A stretch of 64,000 bases of DNA from an uncultured Chloroflexia bacterium (lineage in GTDB: Bacteria; Chloroflexota; Limnocylindria; Limnocylindrales; CSP1-4), in assembly GCA_963828165.1 (NCBI GenBank), contig CAWHDR010000001.1:1024001-1088000 (forward strand), read 5' to 3'. Made by a program: the position numbers and the translations under genes. The notes beneath the pieces were generated by a model. It made no database searches. It was not told the origin of the DNA and saw nothing but the letters and a program-made list of their open reading frames with translations. Positions 1 through 8,133 of this stretch are shown one piece after another (the first letter of the stretch is position 1; each line of letters opens with the position of its first letter).

Positions 1-1666
1 TCTCGATCTCGAGGTGATCCATGAGCAGCCGGACCCCGGCATAGAGCGCCGCCTTGGCGAGCTGGATCGCGCGAACGTCGTTCTGGGTGACGAGGATCCG
101 GGGGCCATCGTCAGCGGGCGCATGCAGGACGTAGCTGTGCGTCCGGCCGTCCGACACGACGCGCTCCGTGCGCGCCGCGACCGAGCCATCGATGACCCCG
201 TCGGCGGTGATGACCCCGGCGAGGTACAGCTCGGCGACCACCTCGATGATCCCGGAGCCGCAGATGCCGGTCACGCCGGTACCGGCGGCGGCCACGGCGT
301 TCGTGAAGCCCTCGTCGTTCGACCAGGCATCGACTCCGATGACGCGGAACCTCGGCTCCAGCGTCGCGCGATCGATGCGCACGCGCTCGATGGCGCCCGG
401 CGCGGCGCGCTGTCCCGAGCTGATCTGGGCGCCCTCGAACGCGGGGCCCGTGGGCGAGCTCGCGGCCAGGAGCCGGCGCTTGTCGCCGAGCACGATCTCC
501 GCATTCGTCCCGACGTCCACGACGAGCGTCATGGCGTCGGCCTTGTGCGGCTCCTCCGCCAGGATCACGCCGGCCGTGTCCGCCCCGACGTGGCCGGCGA
601 TGCAGGGCAGCACGTAGACCCGCGCGCCCGGATGCGCCCGGACGCCCAGTTCTGCGGCGGTCAGCTCGACCGCTGCGTCCGTGGCCAGCGCGAACGGCGC
701 GGAGCCGAGCGGCGTCGGATCGATGCCGAGGAGGAGGTGGTGCATGATCGGGTTGCCCACGATCGCGAGCTCGAGGATCTCGGCTCGCTTGATGCCGGCC
801 TTGTTCCCGAGCGTGGCCAGCAAGCCGTCGAGGGCCTTGCGCACCGCTTCCGTGAGCTCGACCTCGCCGCCGTCGTGCATCATCACGTAGCTGACCCGGC
901 TCATCAGGTCCTCGCCGAAGCGGATCTGCGGGTTCATCACGCCGGCGCTGGCCAGGACCGAGCCGTCGGTCAGGTTCACGAGGTGCCCGGCGATCGTGGT
1001 GGAGCCGACGTCGATCGCCACCCCGAACGCGCGGTCATGGAACCCCGGCCAGACCGCGATCACGTCGCGCCCGCCGTGGACCGCGACGGTGACCCGGTAC
1101 GAGCCGGCGGTCAGGGCCGCCTGCAGCCCGCGGATGACGGACAGGTCGGCGGCCAAACCGTCCAGGCTCCATTCGGTACGGAGGGCGTCGAGGAGCCGGC
1201 CCAGGTCGCCGGTCGGGGTGGCAAGATCCGGTTCCGTGACGTCCACGGTGTGCAGCCGGACGACGGGGTCCATCTCGAAGGCGCGCGCCGCGAGGTCCTT
1301 GCGCACGACCTGCTTGTGGACCTGGCTCTCGGGCGGGACGTCGACGACGGCATCGCCGAGCAGCGTCGCCGTGCAGGACAGCCGGCGGTCCTCCGCCAGG
1401 CCGTTCTCGTCGCGGTAGGCCGCCTCGACCTCACCGGCCGCGCTCAGGTGCTCCGGCGAGGAGGTGATGCCGTGCTTCGGGAACGACCCGAACGCGGGCA
1501 CGACCGCGCAGCGGCCGCAGATCCCGCGGCCGCCACAGACCGAGTCGATGTCCACGCCGAGCGAACGCGCGGCATCGAGCACCGTCGTGCCGGCAGGCGC
1601 CCGACCGCGCCGCCCGGATGGCGTGAAGATGATCTGCGGGTCGGCGGTGGCCGCGCCGTCGCTCAC
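1..1666 (-). CDS. ASKHA-domain corrinoid reductive activator (RamA/RACE-like) with N-terminal 2Fe-2S domain; 3' end runs off window
   Basis: Manual translation from GTG 1666: MSDGAATADPQIIFTPSGRRG...DSVCGGRGICGRC (2Fe-2S), then AIDVGSTT, NPQIRFGEDLMSRVSY, DVGTNAE, GPAFEGAQI motifs typical of this family. Not in ORF track because no stop in window. Confidence 0.9.
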   Translation of the reverse strand, partial: MSDGAATADPQIIFTPSGRRGRAPAGTTVLDAARSLGVDIDSVCGGRGICGRCAVVPAFGSFPKHGITSSPEHLSAAGEVEAAYRDENGLAEDRRLSCTATLLGDAVVDVPPESQVHKQVVRKDLAARAFEMDPVVRLHTVDVTEPDLATPTGDLGRLLDALRTEWSLDGLAADLSVIRGLQAALTAGSYRVTVAVHGGRDVIAVWPGFHDRAFGVAIDVGSTTIAGHLVNLTDGSVLASAGVMNPQIRFGEDLMSRVSYVMMHDGGEVELTEAVRKALDGLLATLGNKAGIKRAEILELAIVGNPIMHHLLLGIDPTPLGSAPFALATDAAVELTAAELGVRAHPGARVYVLPCIAGHVGADTAGVILAEEPHKADAMTLVVDVGTNAEIVLGDKRRLLAASSPTGPAFEGAQISSGQRAAPGAIERVRIDRATLEPRFRVIGVDAWSNDEGFTNAVAAAGTGVTGICGSGIIEVVAELYLAGVITADGVIDGSVAARTERVVSDGRTHSYVLHAPADDGPRILVTQNDVRAIQLAKAALYAGVRLLMDHLEIE

Positions 1667-1676
1667 GGGTGGATCG

Positions 1677-2732
1677 TCAGTCGCGCGCGGCGACGTCGGC
1701 CGATGGCACGCCGCCCGGCGCATCCACCCCGGGCACGTCCACGCCGGGCACGTCGAGGCCGGGCACGTCCACGCCCGGAACGTCGGCGGAGAAGGCGGTC
1801 ACGCCCGGGATCCCGGCCGGCGTTGTCGTGGCCCCCGCTCCGCCGCGGCGGCGGTTCGTCCGGCGCCCACCGGCCTCGCCGTCCGCGGGCCCCGTGCGGA
1901 ACTGGCGGATCCAGCGGGCAGCGTCTTGATCGTTGCCCATCAGCACGTCGCTGGCCATCACCGCGTGCTTGACGCCCTCGGCGATCGGGTTGGTGATGGC
2001 CGACGTCAGCCCGGACGCGATGGCCATGCTCAGGAACGCGCCATTGATGCCCTCGCGGTTGGGCAACCCGAAGCTCACGTTGGAGGCGCCGCAGCTCGAG
2101 TTGACCTTGAGCTCGTCGCGCAGCCGGCCGAGGATGTGGAAGACCTGGCGGCCGGCGCCACTGAGCGCCCCGATCGGCATCAGCAGTGGGTCGACGACGA
2201 TGTCCTCGCGCGGGATGCCATGGTCCGCGGCGCGCTCGACGATGCGTTTCGCGACCGCGAACCGGACGTCGGGGTCCATCGAGATGCCGGTCTCGTCGTT
2301 GCTGATCGCGACGACCGCACAGCCGTATTTCTTGACCAGCGGCAGGACGCGTTCCAGCCGCTCTTCCTCGCCGGTGACGCTGTTGAGCAGGGCCTTGCCC
2401 TGGTAGACGGCAAGCCCCGCTTCGAGCGCCTCGACGATCGACGAATCGATCGACAGCGGGACGTCCGTGAGCGACTGCACCAGCTGGATGGTCTTCGCCA
2501 GGATCGCCGGCTCGTCGGCGAGCGGGATGCCCGCGTTGACATCGAGCATGTGGGCGCCAGCCTCGACCTGGGCGATCGTGTCGCGCTCGACCCGGGAGAA
2601 GTCGCCGGCCTTCATCTCCTCGGCCAGGAGCTTGCGGCCGGTCGGGTTGATGCGTTCGCCGATGATCACGAACGGCTGATCGTCGCCGATGACCACCTCG
2701 CGGGTCGCCGAGCTGACGACGGTCCACGTCAC
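1677..2732 (-). CDS. Pterin-binding methyltetrahydrofolate:corrinoid methyltransferase (MetH pterin domain / AcsE-like)
   Basis: IIGERINPTGRK, LDVNAG, SIDSS, LLNSVTGE, GASNVSFGLP motifs. Confidence 0.9.
   Translation of the reverse strand: MTWTVVSSATREVVIGDDQPFVIIGERINPTGRKLLAEEMKAGDFSRVERDTIAQVEAGAHMLDVNAGIPLADEPAILAKTIQLVQSLTDVPLSIDSSIVEALEAGLAVYQGKALLNSVTGEEERLERVLPLVKKYGCAVVAISNDETGISMDPDVRFAVAKRIVERAADHGIPREDIVVDPLLMPIGALSGAGRQVFHILGRLRDELKVNSSCGASNVSFGLPNREGINGAFLSMAIASGLTSAITNPIAEGVKHAVMASDVLMGNDQDAARWIRQFRTGPADGEAGGRRTNRRRGGAGATTTPAGIPGVTAFSADVPGVDVPGLDVPGVDVPGVDAPGGVPSADVAARD
1711..1785 (-). repeat. ~5 copies of a 15-bp in-frame repeat encoding DVPG(V/L)
   Basis: DVPGV-DVPGL-DVPGV-DVPGV-DAPGG in the C-terminal tail. 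Confidence 0.8.
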
Positions 2733-3079
2733 GCTTCGGCGGCCTTTCCCTGGGTCTCATCCCCGGCGGGCGCGAAGATCGGACCGCCCTCGACCCCGCC
2801 CGACTGGATGAGCTGGGCGAGTCGGTGCTTGTCGTACTCGGCCTCGATGCGCTCGACCTCGGCGGCGACCTCGGCGTCGATGTCGGCGCCGCAGGATCTC
2901 TGCGTCCGGCGCCACTCCCCGATGTAGTCGTTGTAGGCACGCTTGCCGGCCCTGCTCGCAGCCTTGTCGATCGCCACCTGGAACCGCGGATGGAGCACGA
3001 TCTTGCTCTGCTTGCGGCCCTCCCGGGCCGTCACCTGGGCCGGGATGTCGCGCCACCAGATCATGGTCATCATCGACAC
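2729..3079 (-). CDS. Small 'virulence factor' domain protein (PF13769-like)
   Basis: IWWRDIPAQV...RFQVAIDKAA...YIGEWRR signature; GTGA overlap with the downstream methyltransferase. Confidence 0.75.
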   Translation of the reverse strand: MSMMTMIWWRDIPAQVTAREGRKQSKIVLHPRFQVAIDKAASRAGKRAYNDYIGEWRRTQRSCGADIDAEVAAEVERIEAEYDKHRLAQLIQSGGVEGGPIFAPAGDETQGKAAEA

Positions 3080-3169
3080 GGTTCAGAACCCTCCGGACAG
3101 CAAGGGGACGAGGGACTGCGAGGCTTGGCCCACGGCAACGGCCTCGATGGTCGTAGCGAGCTCGCTGTT

Positions 3170-3871
3170 CTAGGCCGGGACGCGGGCACGTCGCTCGTCG
3201 ATCAGGCGGCGTGCCGTCTCCGCGGCGACGCCTGCATCGCGACAGTAGGCGTCCGCCCCCACGGCCATCCCGAACTCCTCGTTGAGCGGTGCACCGCCAA
3301 CGAGGACGATGTAGTCGTCGCGCAGGCCGCGATCCTTGAGCGTCTGGATCACGACCTTCATGTACGGCATGGTCGTCGTGAGCAGCGCGGACATGCCGAG
3401 GATGTCCGGCTTGTGCTCGGTCAGCGCGTTGATGAACTTGTCGGCATCGGTGTTGATCCCGAGGTCGACGACCTCGAACCCGGCTCCCTCGAGCATCATC
3501 CCGACGAGGTTCTTGCCGATGTCGTGGATGTCGCCCTTGACGGTCCCGATGACGACCTTGCCGACCGGCTCGGCACCGGTCTCGGCGAGCAGTGGGCGAA
3601 GGATCTCCATGCCGGCCTTCATCGCATTCGCCGCGAGGAGGACCTCGGGGACGAAGAGGATGCCGTCGCGGAAGTCGATGCCGACGATCTTCATGCCGGC
3701 GACGAGGGCGTCGTCGAGGACCTTGGTCGCAGTGAACCCGCGCCCGAGGAGGATGTTCGTCCCCTCGACGATCTCGTCCTTCATGCCGTCGTACAGGTCG
3801 TTGTGCATCTGCTCGACGAGCTCGTCGTCGGAGAGGGCGTTGAGGTCGATGTCCTGGAGGTCGTCGGTCAT
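3170..3871 (-). CDS. Corrinoid (B12-binding) protein
   Basis: Cap domain FVPEVLLAA plus GTVKGDIHDIGKNLV, SALLTTT, GGAP; ATG 3871 with GGAG SD. Confidence 0.93.
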   Translation of the reverse strand: MTDDLQDIDLNALSDDELVEQMHNDLYDGMKDEIVEGTNILLGRGFTATKVLDDALVAGMKIVGIDFRDGILFVPEVLLAANAMKAGMEILRPLLAETGAEPVGKVVIGTVKGDIHDIGKNLVGMMLEGAGFEVVDLGINTDADKFINALTEHKPDILGMSALLTTTMPYMKVVIQTLKDRGLRDDYIVLVGGAPLNEEFGMAVGADAYCRDAGVAAETARRLIDERRARVPA

Positions 3872-3933
3872 CGGTCGTGCTCCGGATGGGGCGTTCAAGG
3901 CGTCAGATCGTGGCGTCGGGTGGGAGGCCCAGG

Positions 3934-3970
3934 GGTTCCACATCGTGGAACCGTGCCGTATGATGGAACC
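3934..3970. promoter_or_regulatory. Putative IclR operator pair
   Basis: Perfect palindrome GGTTCCAC-ATC-GTGGAACC (3934-3952) followed by a degenerate second site ending ATGGAACC, between divergent iclR and the corrinoid operon. Confidence 0.65.
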
Positions 3971-4004
3971 GCCGCCATCCCGAATCTAGCCGACGAAGGG
4001 TCCC

Positions 4005-4754
4005 ATGTCCAGCGTCCAATCGGTCAAGCGAGCATTCGACGTGCTCGGCAGTCTCGGCGACGGTCCGCTGGGCGTCACCGAGGTCGCCGATCGGGCCGGC
4101 CTGCCCAAGTCCACGGCGGCGCGCGTGCTCGCGACGCTCGTCGGCGAAGGAGCGGTCGAGCAGGTCCCGGGCGACACGTCGTACCGGCTCGGACCGCGGC
4201 TCATCACGCTGGCCGCGGGCTTCAGCCTGACGCGCTCGCTCGCGGCCATCGCCCGGCCGACGCTGATCGACCTCGCCGAGTCTTCGGGTGAGGCCGCCGG
4301 CCTCGCGATGCCCGACGGCGACCTCGTCCACTACATCGACCAGGTGGATACCGTGCAGCCGGTCCTGGTGCGCGACTGGACGGGGGCACGGATCCCGCTC
4401 CACGCGGTGTCGTCCGGCCAGGTGCTGCTGGCCTTCCGGACGCCGGCCGCGATCGAGCGCTACCTCGAGCGGCCGATGGAGCGCTTCACCGACCGCACGC
4501 TGACCGACGCCGATGCGGTTCGCGAGCGCCTGCGCGAGGTCCGTCGGCAGGGCTACATCTGGGCGATGGATGAATTCGAGGCCGGGATCTCGTCCATCGC
4601 GGCGCCGATCGCCGATGCGTCGGGTGAGGTGATCGCGGCCGTCCACGTGCACGGCCCGTCATACCGATTTCCGGCGGAGGGCTCGACGGCAGAGCTCGCG
4701 CAGCTGGTGCTCGCCGGGGCGGCGCGGATCGCCGCGGGGCTGCGCGAGACCTGA
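4005..4754 (+). CDS. IclR family transcriptional regulator
   Basis: VQSVKRAFDVL...GLPKSTAARVL HTH; PLHAVSSG; VRRQGY...SIAAPI. Confidence 0.93.
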   Translation: MSSVQSVKRAFDVLGSLGDGPLGVTEVADRAGLPKSTAARVLATLVGEGAVEQVPGDTSYRLGPRLITLAAGFSLTRSLAAIARPTLIDLAESSGEAAGLAMPDGDLVHYIDQVDTVQPVLVRDWTGARIPLHAVSSGQVLLAFRTPAAIERYLERPMERFTDRTLTDADAVRERLREVRRQGYIWAMDEFEAGISSIAAPIADASGEVIAAVHVHGPSYRFPAEGSTAELAQLVLAGAARIAAGLRET

Positions 4755-5032
4755 GCGCGCGCCGGACGAGGCGCTTGGAAGCCCCGGATATGGCCCTCCG
4801 CGATCAAATGTGGGCGGCCAGTCGCCTCAGCACGTCAAGGTGGGGGCAGATCTGGCCGATTCCAAACCAGATATCGCCGATGTTGATATCGCGGCAGCGA
4901 ATCGATGCGATTCGGTCGACCGGGCAGGTCGCCCGCACGTAGCGTCGCCCAACGCGATATTCGGGCATTTGTCAGGCCGACCCACTCCGTCGGCGGCTTG
5001 CGGCGGAAGTGCCCCTGGAGCCGGGGCAAGAC

Positions 5033-5356
5033 TCAGTTCGCGGGGTTCGCTCCGACCGGCTCGAGATCGATGGTTCGGACCTGCCGGGTCTTGCCGGCCT
5101 CGGTGCGGACGATCGCGGAGGGGATGACGCCCCCCGTGCCCAGCTTCTCGATGACGGCGATCTCACCGGCGTACAGGCCGCTGCCGGCGATTCGAACCTT
5201 TCCGCCGACGGCGAGACCGGCTCGGCCCTTGCCGGCGGTCAGATCGATCGTGGCGACGGTCGGGCGCACATAGGGAGGATCAGTCGGCAACCCGGTGGCG
5301 GGTGCGGGTCGGTTGGAGGTCTTGGCCGGCGGGTACGTGACTTTCCGTTTTCGCAT
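5033..5356 (-). CDS. Small hypothetical protein with KOW-like motif
   Basis: AGGAG SD before ATG 5356; LAVGGKVRIAGSGLYAGEIAVIEK resembles KOW. Confidence 0.65.
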   Translation of the reverse strand: MRKRKVTYPPAKTSNRPAPATGLPTDPPYVRPTVATIDLTAGKGRAGLAVGGKVRIAGSGLYAGEIAVIEKLGTGGVIPSAIVRTEAGKTRQVRTIDLEPVGANPAN

Positions 5357-5494
5357 TGGCTCTCCTGCAAGGCCGGCCTCGTAAGGTCGAGGTCGAGCCG
5401 TGCGAACCATCGCACATCCGCGCAAGAGTGGCCCTTGACCGAAGGTCCTCGCCGCCGACGATGCCCTCGCCGCCGACGACCCGCCCCGCGATCA

Positions 5495-5851
5495 CTAGTC
5501 GGAAGCAGTGTTCCTGGCGGTCTTCTTGACCTTGGCGGCCTTGGCCTCGACATCCGCGGCGAGCTCGGCAGCGGCTTCGGCCGCGGACGCACGGGCCGGG
5601 TCGAGCGTGGCGGCGTCGGGATCGCCCGTCGACGCCGCTGCGTCGGAACCCTTTGCCCGCATCTCGGCGAGTTGCGTGTTCACGGTCGACTGGATCTCCC
5701 GCGTTCGCATCTCGAGCTGGTCACCGAGCTCACCGAGCTTTCGGTCGACTCGGTACTGGTCACGGAAACGCTCGCCGGAGCGGGACATGTACCAGGCCGC
5801 CGCCCCGGCCGCCAGCGCCACGCCAGTGACCACGCCGCTCATGAACCCCAT
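5495..5851 (-). CDS. YtxH-like protein
   Basis: N-terminal Gly/Ala membrane helix then SGERFR and a coiled Ala-rich tail; AAGGAG SD. Confidence 0.65.
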   Translation of the reverse strand: MGFMSGVVTGVALAAGAAAWYMSRSGERFRDQYRVDRKLGELGDQLEMRTREIQSTVNTQLAEMRAKGSDAAASTGDPDAATLDPARASAAEAAAELAADVEAKAAKVKKTARNTASD

Positions 5852-5945
5852 CGAGTCGTCTCCTTCCGCGCGTCGCCGGCTGCCGCCGATCCGTCGCTCG
5901 GTGCCGTCGCGCACCAACGAGTGTAGCGCTCAACGGATTCGGGCC

Positions 5946-5998
5946 TTGACAACGGCGTGAGAGAACCTAGGATCACGCTACATCGAATGTCGAGGTAG
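5946..5998 (+). promoter_or_regulatory. sigma70 promoter and probable PadR operator
   Basis: TTGACA(5946)-16-TAGGAT(5968); inverted repeat CTACATCGA-ATG-TCGAGGTAG (5978-5998). Confidence 0.65.
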
Positions 5999-6005
5999 TG
6001 GCGAG

Positions 6006-6344
6006 ATGCGATCGGATACCCAACTCCTCAAGGGCACGACTCCCCTGCTGGTCCTGACCGTGATCGGGGATGGGGAGCTCTACGGCTACGAGATCGCGCA
6101 GCGCATCCGCGAGACCAGTGGCGGCGCCTTCGCCCCGTCCGAGGGATCGCTCTACCCGGCTCTCCACCGACTCGAGGCCGACGGCGCGCTCACCGGCTCG
6201 TGGCGTGCCAGCGACCGCGGACCGCGCCGCCGCTACTACCGGCTGACGGCCAAAGGACGGGGGATGCTGGTCGAGAATCGCGACCGGTTCCGAGCCTTCA
6301 TCGCGGGCGTCCGAGGGGTCACCGCCGGGCTGACCGATGTCTGA
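6006..6344 (+). CDS. PadR family transcriptional regulator
   Basis: LLKG...YGYEI...EGSLYPALHRLE...RRYYRLT. Confidence 0.92.
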   Translation: MRSDTQLLKGTTPLLVLTVIGDGELYGYEIAQRIRETSGGAFAPSEGSLYPALHRLEADGALTGSWRASDRGPRRRYYRLTAKGRGMLVENRDRFRAFIAGVRGVTAGLTDV

Positions 6345-7545
6345 TCCCCGCGCCGACCGCGACGCCTTTCTCGCCCAGATCGCCGGGCGCCTGCGGCTGC
6401 CCGACGACGAAGCACGCGATGTCCTCGAGGAGCTCCGAGGCCACCTTGGGGAGTCGGTGGCGGACCTCGTGGACGAGGGTCTGACGGCCGAGCAGGCCGA
6501 ACGCGAATCGATCGCCCGTCTGGGCAGCCCCGGCGACCTGGCCGATGCGATCCGCACCGCTCGACAGACCCGCCGCCGGATGCTGGCCGCGGCGGGTGCC
6601 GGCGCAGTCGCTGCGACGAGCGGCCTGTTCTGGGGCTGGCTGTTCGCCGCGTCGGTGACCACCGTGGCTGGCGTCTCGGCGACGCTCATCATCTCGTTCG
6701 CGCTGCAGTGGCTCGACCTCAGCTACTCCGGGTGGCAGCCGCCGGACATCCTGTCGCTACCGTTCGCGCTCTTCGTCCCCGCATTCGCCGCCCATCGGAT
6801 GGTGGGCTCAGTCGCCGCTCGTTCGGGACGTGCCGTCGAAAGCATCAGACGTCCCATCGCGACAGCAGGCGGCATCCTCGTGGCGATCGTGGCCGTCTTC
6901 CTCGTGCGGGTCGAGCTCGACCCGCTCAAGGTCATCACCCACCTCGCGACGCCGATCGGTTTCGCGCTTGGCGCGATCCTGACGCACGACACCAGCTCCA
7001 TGCGTCTCCGCCGCCTGCCGGTTCGATGGGTCGCGGCCATCGTCATCGTCACGATCCTGGCGTTCACGGTCGCGGCCGCGGCTACGCTCAAGGTGAACCC
7101 GACCGGCGAGTACACGGGTGATGACGGCGCTGGGCACATCGCCCCGCCGGCGACCGACGTCCTTGGCGACGGATGGCTCGAGCAGCAGAGCTCCATCGGC
7201 CTGGGGTTCGTCAGCGGGGTGACGCTGATGCCCGAACCGCCAACGCTGCTGGACGGCTGGCGCGACCTGCGTCTCGAGGCGTGGTCGGTCATCGATCGCC
7301 CGTACGGACCCGTGATCGATCCGATGGCCGATCGGCCCGCCGCGACCATGCCGCTGGTTCGCGACGAGTTCGGGTCGTTTGCGGCCGAGCTGGATCTCGG
7401 AACCTCCAAGGAGCGTACCTGGTACCTGCTCGCGACCACCGGCATCGCGCCGGACGGGACACGCTACCTCCTGTCGGGGCCCGACGGCCCCGTCGGCTCG
7501 CGCCCCTGGAGCGGGACCGTATGGGAGTGGCTGACGACGCCGTGA
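6337..7545 (+). CDS. HAAS/permease-prefix domain membrane protein
   Basis: EELRGHL...EGLTAEQAERESIARLGSP N-terminal domain, ~6 TM helices, extracellular C-terminal domain; overlaps padR. Confidence 0.8.
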   Translation: MSDPRADRDAFLAQIAGRLRLPDDEARDVLEELRGHLGESVADLVDEGLTAEQAERESIARLGSPGDLADAIRTARQTRRRMLAAAGAGAVAATSGLFWGWLFAASVTTVAGVSATLIISFALQWLDLSYSGWQPPDILSLPFALFVPAFAAHRMVGSVAARSGRAVESIRRPIATAGGILVAIVAVFLVRVELDPLKVITHLATPIGFALGAILTHDTSSMRLRRLPVRWVAAIVIVTILAFTVAAAATLKVNPTGEYTGDDGAGHIAPPATDVLGDGWLEQQSSIGLGFVSGVTLMPEPPTLLDGWRDLRLEAWSVIDRPYGPVIDPMADRPAATMPLVRDEFGSFAAELDLGTSKERTWYLLATTGIAPDGTRYLLSGPDGPVGSRPWSGTVWEWLTTP

Positions 7546-7557
7546 TGCGCGGCGCGA

Positions 7558-8133
7558 TCAGTCGAGGCCGACCGCTGCGTCGGTGAGCCACGCGGCCAGG
7601 TAGGCCGCGAACGAGGGGCGGACGAGGAGCCGGAAGGCGGGCTCCACGGCCGGCCCGACCGGGACGATGACCACGTTCGCCCGCGCCAGCAGGGTCTGGG
7701 CGCACATCCCCGGCTTGAACCGCCGTTCGTCCAGGTCGATCGAGCACCCGAATGCCAGCAGCTCACGGGCGCGCGGTCCGCTGACCGAGAGCGTCGTCCG
7801 GTTGGCCGACACCTCGACGACCGAGCCGCCTCCATCGCCGATCGCGTCGCGGACAACGCGCTCGATCGTCGGCGCTGTGCCCGGCTCGCCGAGGATCAGC
7901 CACTCGTCGGGACCCAGCCACAGCACGTGGCGCGTGCCGTCGTCGGACACGACCGCGGTGTTCGGCTCGGTCGGCGGACGGGCGCCGATGACCTCGGTCA
8001 GGCGCGCCATCAGCGCCGCGTCGGCTGGATCGGCCCGCAGGTCGACCTGGGCCAGGAAGGGCAGTTCGCGGACACGCGCCGGGAGCTCGACTCCTTCGAG
8101 CGGCGAGTGCGCGCGCAGACCGGCCGCTGTCAC
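7558..8133 (-). CDS. soxG: Sarcosine oxidase gamma subunit
   Basis: LWLGPDEWL, GCSIDL, LLVRPSFAAYL; operon position. Confidence 0.9.
   Translation of the reverse strand: MTAAGLRAHSPLEGVELPARVRELPFLAQVDLRADPADAALMARLTEVIGARPPTEPNTAVVSDDGTRHVLWLGPDEWLILGEPGTAPTIERVVRDAIGDGGGSVVEVSANRTTLSVSGPRARELLAFGCSIDLDERRFKPGMCAQTLLARANVVIVPVGPAVEPAFRLLVRPSFAAYLAAWLTDAAVGLD

Noticed and set aside
1-3871. Pyrrolysine/selenocysteine recoding in the methyltransferase cluster
   Set aside because: No in-frame TAG/TGA interrupts these genes, and no pyl or sel genes are in the window.
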